NCBI GenBank assembly: GCA_963745865.1
Contig: CAVUYZ010000003.1
Coordinates: forward strand, 467,809 to 531,808
Reading direction: 5' to 3'
DNA: 64,000 nucleotides
Origin: an uncultured bacterium
GTDB lineage: Bacteria; Actinomycetota; Acidimicrobiia; Spongiisociales; ZC4RG35
Shown: positions 57,480 through 64,000 of the stretch, piece by piece
Layout: each line of letters opens with the position of its first letter
Position numbering within the stretch: the first letter of the stretch is position 1
Translations under genes and position numbers: made by a program
The notes under the pieces: generated by a model
Database searches by the model: none
What the model saw: only the letters and a program-made list of their open reading frames with translations
What the model was told of the DNA's origin: nothing

Positions 57480-59165
57480 ATGAGACATCCGAGAGCTCGC
57501 TTCTGGCGAATCGTCGCAGTCATCGCGGCACTCGCCTTGATTCTCGCCGCCTGCGACAGCGGCGAATCGGTGGACGTGGAGGACGGCACAACGACGACCG
57601 CCGCACCTTCCGCCGACGCCACGACCACGACGTCAGGCGACACCGCTACTACTGATGACACCGGGGCGGAGGACACCGGAGGTGGCGTCCTCATTGCCGC
57701 ACAGGGAGCCGAACCCGACCGGTTGGATCCGCATCTGACCTCGGCATACGCCAGCTTCCAGGTGCTCGAGAACGTCTACGACACACTCGTCCAGCCGGGC
57801 CCCGACCTCCAGATGGAGCCCGCGCTGGCCGAGAGCTGGGAGATCTCCGACGACAATCTGACCTGGACATTCACGCTGCGTGACGACGTCGTGTTCCACA
57901 ATGGACGCGCCTTCACTGCAGACGACGTCGTCTATTCCTACAACCGCATCATGGATCCCGATGTCGGGGCTGCGAATTCGTTCCGATTTGGTTCAGTCGA
58001 GTCCGTCGAGGCAATCGACGACACCACCGTCCAGATCACGTTGAGCCGACCAACACCCAACCTCCTCGTCAACATCGGTGGCTTCAAGGGGATGGCGATC
58101 GTCCCCCAGGAGATCGTCGAGGACGGCACCATCGACACTGCACCCGTCGGAACGGGGCCCTTCCGATTCGTCTCGTCCTCGCCCGACCAGGGGATCGTGC
58201 TCGAGCGCAACCCCGACTACTGGCGCTCGGATGAGGGCCTGCCCTATCTCGATGGAATCAGGTTCGTGCAGATTCCCGACGCCACGGTCAAGCTCACCAA
58301 CCTCCAGACTGGCGAGGTCGACTGGGTCGACAGCGTCCCCCCGCAGCGATTGGCCGAACTGGAGGGTGACGACACTGTCGAGCTCCAGCGGGTCCCCGGC
58401 GGTGACTACCACTACTTCGCCCTGAATCAGGCGAGAGAGCCATTCGACAACCCAGATGTCCGTCGGGCGATCGCCATGGCGATCAACAGAGACGAGATCG
58501 CCGAAGCAGCACAATTCGGCGCCGCAACGGCCAACCAGACCGCGATACCCGCAGGCAACTTCTGGTATCACGATTACAGCCCGTTCGGTGTCGCAGCCGT
58601 CGACGAAGCGACTCAGCTCCTGGCCGACGCGGGGGTGAGCGACCTCACCATCGAGTTCCTGGTGAGCAGCGACTTCCCCGAGACCGTCACCCAGGCTCAG
58701 GTGATTGCGGCCCAACTCGCCCAGATCGGGGTGACCGTCGAGATCGCCGATGTCGATTTCGGAACCTGGTTGGACCGCGAAGGCAACGGCGAGTTCGATG
58801 CATTCATGCTGAGTTGGATCGGAAACATCGATCCGGATGACTTCTACTACGCGCAGCACCACTCAGGCGGGAACTTCAACTTCCAGGGCTACGCCAATCC
58901 GGAGGTCGACTCACTGCTCGACGCCGCCCGTGTCGAGACCGACCAGGACGCCAGGAAGGCGCTGTACGACCAGGCGGCAGAGATGATCGTCGATGACGCC
59001 TCCTACATCTACCTCTACAACCCCGAGAACATTCAGGCGTGGGGGCCACAAGTCGAAGGATTCGCGGTTCGCGGCGACAACGCCGATCCGATTCGAGGAA
59101 ACGAGGCTGAACCGGTGAGATCCCGGGATGATGAGGCGGTCATCGCGGGGGCAACCCCGCGATGA
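57480..59165 (+). CDS. Peptide/nickel ABC transporter substrate-binding lipoprotein (true stop probably 59118; extra base near 59083)
   Basis: LAAC lipobox, LDP, LAESW, GTGPF; family 5 SBP. Confidence 0.93.
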   Translation: MRHPRARFWRIVAVIAALALILAACDSGESVDVEDGTTTTAAPSADATTTTSGDTATTDDTGAEDTGGGVLIAAQGAEPDRLDPHLTSAYASFQVLENVYDTLVQPGPDLQMEPALAESWEISDDNLTWTFTLRDDVVFHNGRAFTADDVVYSYNRIMDPDVGAANSFRFGSVESVEAIDDTTVQITLSRPTPNLLVNIGGFKGMAIVPQEIVEDGTIDTAPVGTGPFRFVSSSPDQGIVLERNPDYWRSDEGLPYLDGIRFVQIPDATVKLTNLQTGEVDWVDSVPPQRLAELEGDDTVELQRVPGGDYHYFALNQAREPFDNPDVRRAIAMAINRDEIAEAAQFGAATANQTAIPAGNFWYHDYSPFGVAAVDEATQLLADAGVSDLTIEFLVSSDFPETVTQAQVIAAQLAQIGVTVEIADVDFGTWLDREGNGEFDAFMLSWIGNIDPDDFYYAQHHSGGNFNFQGYANPEVDSLLDAARVETDQDARKALYDQAAEMIVDDASYIYLYNPENIQAWGPQVEGFAVRGDNADPIRGNEAEPVRSRDDEAVIAGATPR

Positions 59166-60106
59166 CCGGCTTCCTCGTGAGACGGGTGGGGCAGATGCTG
59201 CTCGCATTGCTCGGCGTCTCCATCATCGTCTTTGCCCTGATCCACCTGGTGCCAGGCGATCCGGTGCGGATTGCCCTCGGAACGCGCTTCGACCCCGACA
59301 TCTACCAGACGTTGCGAGTTCGGAACGGCCTCGATCAGCCACTGGTCACCCAATACCTCACATGGCTGGGTAACGCCGTCACCGGCGACCTCGGCGTCAG
59401 TTTCCGGTCGGGACGGCCGGTCTCGGCGATGGTGCTCGAACGCCTGCCGGCGACGCTGACACTCGCTGGTTCAGCTCTCGTCGTGGCATTGATCGTGGCG
59501 ATTCCGCTCGGAATCCTCGCCGCCGTGCGTCAGGGGTCCGCGCTCGACTACATCTCGACCACCGCAAGTCAGATCGGAGTATCGGTGCCGGACTTCTGGG
59601 CCGGGATCATGTACATCCTGCTGTTCTCCTTGACCCTGGGTTGGCTACCTCCGTCGGGATACACACCGTTCGGCGAGGATCCGCTGGAATGGCTGGCACA
59701 TCTGGTGCTGCCTGCCCTCTCCGTCGGCCTGGTCTCGGGATCGATCATCTTCCGCTTTGTGCGATCGTCTGTCCTCGAGGCACTCAACCAGGACTATGTC
59801 CGCACGGCCCGCGCCAAAGGTCTGTCCCGGTGGCGGGTCATCCGCGATCACGTTCTCCCGAACGCCTGGATACCGATCGTGACCGTCGTCGGTCTCCAGC
59901 TCGGATTCCTCCTCGGCGGTGTCATCGTCGTCGAAGTCATCTTTGCCTGGCCGGGCATCGGACGCCTCGCCTTGCTTGCGGTCCAAGACCGCGACTTCAC
60001 GGTCCTCCAGGGTGCCGTGCTCTACGTGGCCTTCATGTTTCTCCTCATCAACCTGCTCGTCGACGTCGTTTACGGCTGGCTCGACCCGAGGATCAGATAT
60101 GACTGA
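59162..60106 (+). CDS. ABC transporter permease (DppB/OppB type)
   Basis: PGDP, GDLGVS, DYVRTARAKGL. Confidence 0.95.
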   Translation: MTGFLVRRVGQMLLALLGVSIIVFALIHLVPGDPVRIALGTRFDPDIYQTLRVRNGLDQPLVTQYLTWLGNAVTGDLGVSFRSGRPVSAMVLERLPATLTLAGSALVVALIVAIPLGILAAVRQGSALDYISTTASQIGVSVPDFWAGIMYILLFSLTLGWLPPSGYTPFGEDPLEWLAHLVLPALSVGLVSGSIIFRFVRSSVLEALNQDYVRTARAKGLSRWRVIRDHVLPNAWIPIVTVVGLQLGFLLGGVIVVEVIFAWPGIGRLALLAVQDRDFTVLQGAVLYVAFMFLLINLLVDVVYGWLDPRIRYD

Positions 60107-61010
60107 TCTCCACCGGCACGACGCCGGTGAGCCCCAGGTCGAGCATCGGTCCCGTCTGCGCGCTACCGCCGAGACGGTGCTCCTGAATCGCCTCGCTGTC
60201 GTCGGGCTCGTCGTTCTGGCGATACTCGTGGTGGTTGCCCTGTTCGCGCCATTGATCGCTCCGTTCGACATCAACGACATCAGCATTCCCGATCGGTTCT
60301 CCGGGCCGTCCTGGGACCACCTGTTCGGGACCGACGAGCTCGGGCGTGACATCTTCAGCCGCGTGGTGATCGCTTCCCGGGTCTCGTTGCGAGTCGGTTT
60401 CATCGCGGTGGGGATTGCCCTCGTCGTCGGTGTGCCGATCGGACTGGTGTCCGGGTACTACGGCGGTGCCATCGATTCATTCCTCATGCGGGTGATGGAC
60501 GTGCTGTTCTCGTTTCCTGCGATCTTGCTCGCAATCGCGATCCTCGCGGTGCTGGGGCCCGGCGTGGGCAATGCGATGGTCGCGATCGGCATCGTCTACA
60601 CGCCGATCTTTGCGCGCATCACCCGCGGGTCGGTGCTGGGGATCAAGAACCAGGTCTTCGTGACGGCGGCCCGGTCACTCGGGTCGACCAACGGACGGAT
60701 TCTCAGAGCCCATGTGCTCCCGAACGTCGTCGCGCCGATCATCGTGCAGACGTCGTTGAGTCTCGCCTTCGCCATCCTGTCGGAGGCCGCACTCTCGTTC
60801 CTCGGACTCGGCGTCCAGCCGCCCGACCCCGCCTGGGGCCGGATGCTCGCCGACGGCAGGAGCTTCTTTCAAGACGCTCCCTGGATGGCGATCTTCCCGG
60901 GCCTCGCGATCCTTCTCACGGTCATGTCGTTCAACTTTGTCGGCGACGGCCTCCGCGATGCGCTCGACCCACAACAACGGTCGGTCATCGAGTCACGGGG
61001 GTCGGCGTGA
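60099..61010 (+). CDS. ABC transporter permease (DppC/OppC type)
   Basis: FGTDELGRD, EAALSFLGLG, GDGLRDALDP. Confidence 0.95.
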   Translation: MTDLHRHDAGEPQVEHRSRLRATAETVLLNRLAVVGLVVLAILVVVALFAPLIAPFDINDISIPDRFSGPSWDHLFGTDELGRDIFSRVVIASRVSLRVGFIAVGIALVVGVPIGLVSGYYGGAIDSFLMRVMDVLFSFPAILLAIAILAVLGPGVGNAMVAIGIVYTPIFARITRGSVLGIKNQVFVTAARSLGSTNGRILRAHVLPNVVAPIIVQTSLSLAFAILSEAALSFLGLGVQPPDPAWGRMLADGRSFFQDAPWMAIFPGLAILLTVMSFNFVGDGLRDALDPQQRSVIESRGSA

Positions 61011-61990
61011 CCGAGCATCTCCTCGAGGTCGAAGACCTGACCGTTCGGTTCGGCACCCGAACCGGAACAGCGGAAGTCGTGAACGGCCTCAGCTACCACG
61101 TCGACGCTGGCGAAACGGTGGCCCTCGTGGGCGAATCCGGCTCGGGCAAGTCGGTCTCGTCCCTGGCGCTCCTTCAACTCCTCGCCAGCCCGCCGGCGCG
61201 GATCGGCGGATCGGCGAGATTCGACGGGGGAGACCTCCTCGCCATGACAGAACGGCAGATCCGCGACGTCAGAGGCAACCGGATCGCCATGATCTTTCAG
61301 GACCCGATGACGTCGCTCAACCCTGTCAGGACCGTGGGCCAACAACTCATCGAGCCCATCGAGTTGCACACAGACCTCAGGGGCGACGACGCCAGAACGC
61401 GAGCGATCGAACTGCTCGAGTTGGTGGGGATTCCGTCCGCCGAGAAGCGGGTGGACGAGTACCCCCATCAGTTCTCGGGCGGGATGCGCCAGCGCGTGAT
61501 GATCGCAATGGGCATCTCGTGTCAACCCGACTTGCTGGTCGCCGACGAAGCCACCACCGCGCTCGACGTGACGACGCAGGCTCAGATCATCGAAGAATTG
61601 AACGAACTGCAAATCCGATTTGGGATGGGGCTGATCTGGATCACCCATGACCTCGGAGTCGTAGCGGGTATCGCCGACAGGGTCGTGGTGCTGTACGGAG
61701 GGAGGATCATGGAGGAGGCGTCGGTCGATGACCTGTTCGATGAGCGGCGTCACCCCTACACCCGGGCTTTGATCGCAAGCCTTCCGCGCCCCGGCTCGGA
61801 ACGCCCGCACCGACTGACGGCTATCGCCGGCCTGCCTCCTGATCCGCTGAAGATGCCGCAGGGATGCCCGTTCGCTCCGAGATGCTCGTTCGCGGTCGAT
61901 CGGTGTCATGAGGAGAGACCGGAGCTGCGGTCTCCGGCGGCCGGACACCGGGTGGCGTGCCATTTCGATCCGAAGGATCTGTATGAGTGA
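61007..61990 (+). CDS. ABC transporter ATP-binding protein (DppD type)
   Basis: [17 protein letters not shown]-terminal CPF..RC..C..CH. Confidence 0.95.
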   Translation: MTEHLLEVEDLTVRFGTRTGTAEVVNGLSYHVDAGETVALVGESGSGKSVSSLALLQLLASPPARIGGSARFDGGDLLAMTERQIRDVRGNRIAMIFQDPMTSLNPVRTVGQQLIEPIELHTDLRGDDARTRAIELLELVGIPSAEKRVDEYPHQFSGGMRQRVMIAMGISCQPDLLVADEATTALDVTTQAQIIEELNELQIRFGMGLIWITHDLGVVAGIADRVVVLYGGRIMEEASVDDLFDERRHPYTRALIASLPRPGSERPHRLTAIAGLPPDPLKMPQGCPFAPRCSFAVDRCHEERPELRSPAAGHRVACHFDPKDLYE

Positions 61991-63002
61991 ACCGCTGCTG
62001 CAGGTCGAGGGCCTCCAAGTCCACTTCCCGGTTTACGGAACCGGGGTGCGACGACGTCGTGTCGGGTCCGTCAAAGCGGTGGACGGTGTGGATCTCACCG
62101 TCCACCGTGGCGAGACGCTGGGTCTCGTCGGGGAGTCAGGCTGTGGAAAGACCACCACAGGGATGGCGATCCTGCGGTTGGTCGAGCCGACCGGAGGCTC
62201 GGTGACGTTCGACGGGATCGCGGTACGCGAGCTCGACACGGGCGACCTTCGGAGACTCCGCCGACGGATGGCGATGATCTTCCAGGATCCGTTCGCGTCC
62301 CTCGATCCTCGCATGTCTGTGAGCGACATCGTCGGAGAGCCCCTGGACATTCACGGACTCCACCAGGGAGGCGTCTCCCGTCGCCGTCGAGTGAGCGAAC
62401 TGCTCGAGTTGGTCGGGCTCAACCCCGATCATCAGAACCGCTTCCCCCATGAGTTCTCTGGCGGTCAGCGGCAACGGATCGGGATCGCCCGGGCCCTGGC
62501 AACCGAACCCGACTTCATCGTCTGCGACGAGCCCATCGCGGCACTCGATGTCTCGATCCAGGCACAAGTCATGAACCTCTTGGAAGATCTCCAGGACGAG
62601 TTCGGGCTGACGTATCTGTTCATCGCCCACGACCTCGCAGCCGTTCAACACTTCTCGGATCGAGTCGCAGTGATGTATCTCGGTCGAGCCGTCGAGCTCG
62701 CGGATCGCATCTCCCTGTACGAGGACCCGAAACACCCATACACCCAGGCACTTCTCTCAGCGGTTCCTGTTCCGGACCCAAAGATCGAACGACAACGCAC
62801 GAGGATCTTGTTACAGGGGGATGTGCCCTCTCCGCTCGATCCGCCCTCGGGATGCAACTTCCGGACGCGATGTCGATTCGCTTTCGAGCCGTGCCCGGTG
62901 GATGATCCCGAGCTCGCGCGCTGTCGACGAGCGCCTCGTCGCGTGTCATCTCCACGACGACCGATACAGCGCTTGATCGCGACCTACGCTCGCCCCACAT
63001 GA
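61983..63002 (+). CDS. ABC transporter ATP-binding protein (DppF type; true stop probably 62976, extra base near 62915)
   Basis: [16 protein letters not shown]; the VACHL terminus lies in a shifted frame. Confidence 0.93.
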   Translation: MSEPLLQVEGLQVHFPVYGTGVRRRRVGSVKAVDGVDLTVHRGETLGLVGESGCGKTTTGMAILRLVEPTGGSVTFDGIAVRELDTGDLRRLRRRMAMIFQDPFASLDPRMSVSDIVGEPLDIHGLHQGGVSRRRRVSELLELVGLNPDHQNRFPHEFSGGQRQRIGIARALATEPDFIVCDEPIAALDVSIQAQVMNLLEDLQDEFGLTYLFIAHDLAAVQHFSDRVAVMYLGRAVELADRISLYEDPKHPYTQALLSAVPVPDPKIERQRTRILLQGDVPSPLDPPSGCNFRTRCRFAFEPCPVDDPELARCRRAPRRVSSPRRPIQRLIATYARPT

Positions 63003-63907
63003 CCTACTCGGTGATAGCCCACGACCCCGAGTCCGGTGCCTACGGTGTCGGGGTCCAATCCCATTGGTTCAACGTCGGTCGAACCGCCCCGTGGGTTCGT
63101 TTCGGTATCGGCGCCATCGCGACCCAGGCGATGACGGACCCGTCCTACGGCTGGCGAGGTCTGGACATCATGGCTGCCGGCGTTGATGCCCCCACCGCAC
63201 TCAGGGTCTTGATGGACATGGACACGGATAGTGACCGCCGGCAGGTCGGGTTCATCGACGCCCACGGCAGGGTCGCCGTGCACACTGGCGCACGTTGCCT
63301 CCGTCACGCCGACCATTCCGTGGGTGAGGGATGGGCAGTTCTTGGGAACCTGCTCGCGAACGAAGACGTGATACCGCGAATGGCTGAGGCGTTCGAGAAT
63401 GCTGAGGGCACCCTGGCAGAGAGAATGGTTGCCAGCCTCGAGGCCGCCGAGCTCGCGGGAGGCGATGTTCGGGGCCGCCAGTCGGCGGCCATCAAGATCG
63501 CTCCCGGCTCCCTCGAGCTCGCCCACGGGGACGAGCCGGGGGTGGAGATCCTCATCGCCGACCATCCTCACCCGGTGATGGAATTGCGCCGCCTCATAGA
63601 AGTCGACCGGTCGTACCGCTTTCTGCGCCAGGGCAACTCGGCCATCGAGGATGGACGCGTCGATGAGGGGCTCGAGTTGCTCGAGCACGCAGCGAATCTG
63701 CGTCATGGGGGAGAGGTCGACTTCTGGAGTGCGATCGGGTTGGCTCGTTCGGGGCGCACCTCCGAGGCAGGCGAGATGCTGGAGCGAGTATTTCGCAAAC
63801 TGCCGAACTTCCGGCTGGTGCTGGAACGGCTGATCGAGGTCGAGCCGGCACTCGAGCTCCTCTATCAGCACCGTCCGGATCTGTCCGCTGGGGTCGAATC
63901 GCCCTAG
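62999..63907 (+). CDS. DUF1028 (Ntn-hydrolase-like) protein with a TPR-like tail
   Basis: MTYSVIA.D, GAIATQA, AGGD.RGRQSAA, DHPHP. Confidence 0.88.
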   Translation: MTYSVIAHDPESGAYGVGVQSHWFNVGRTAPWVRFGIGAIATQAMTDPSYGWRGLDIMAAGVDAPTALRVLMDMDTDSDRRQVGFIDAHGRVAVHTGARCLRHADHSVGEGWAVLGNLLANEDVIPRMAEAFENAEGTLAERMVASLEAAELAGGDVRGRQSAAIKIAPGSLELAHGDEPGVEILIADHPHPVMELRRLIEVDRSYRFLRQGNSAIEDGRVDEGLELLEHAANLRHGGEVDFWSAIGLARSGRTSEAGEMLERVFRKLPNFRLVLERLIEVEPALELLYQHRPDLSAGVESP

Positions 63908-64000
63908 ACGGAGTGCGCCGCGACGACGGCCGGGGCCATGGCCTCGATGGCGGCGACCCGGCGATCGAGGGGCGTAGGGGCGAGATCGATCCGAACCTCG
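63904..64000 (-). CDS. 3' end of a gene running off the window
   Basis: [31 protein letters not shown] converges on the DUF1028 stop. Confidence 0.55.
   Translation of the reverse strand, partial: EVRIDLAPTPLDRRVAAIEAMAPAVVAAHSV

Overview
High-GC actinobacterial chromosome segment; gene order and protein style suggest Acidimicrobiia (inference). 1-10.5 kb is core: thpR, recA, rny, miaB, miaA, dapF, lexA, a LysM SOS gene, nrdR, dut and tRNA-Gly/Cys/Val. It is followed by accessory DNA anchored at tRNAs. This includes a decayed integrated element with an SLH/beta-helix gene and an ApbE/MsrQ-like flavinylation operon with a ferredoxin but no FMN-binding domain. After tRNA-Val(CAC) come a short MetE-type gene, a HEPN/MNT toxin-antitoxin pair, a tRNA-Leu att relic, and a stress-type block (phosphoketolase, type IB topoisomerase, DUF2267, four STAS-like genes and a Crp regulator). 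The window ends in a peptide ABC transporter/DUF1028 operon. The best candidate for an undescribed system is the overlapping operon at 43.4-50.5 kb: a Moco-fold lipoprotein, a stand-alone TiaS-like ATP-utilising domain, an ECF-type S component, a MoaD-MoeA fusion, MoeA-PBP and a tungsten-family aldehyde oxidoreductase. It may be a pyranopterin cofactor capture/salvage pathway. Several single-base frameshifts (lexA, one histidine kinase, two ABC genes) are most likely sequencing errors. All calls rest on motif recognition by eye; no database searches were run.
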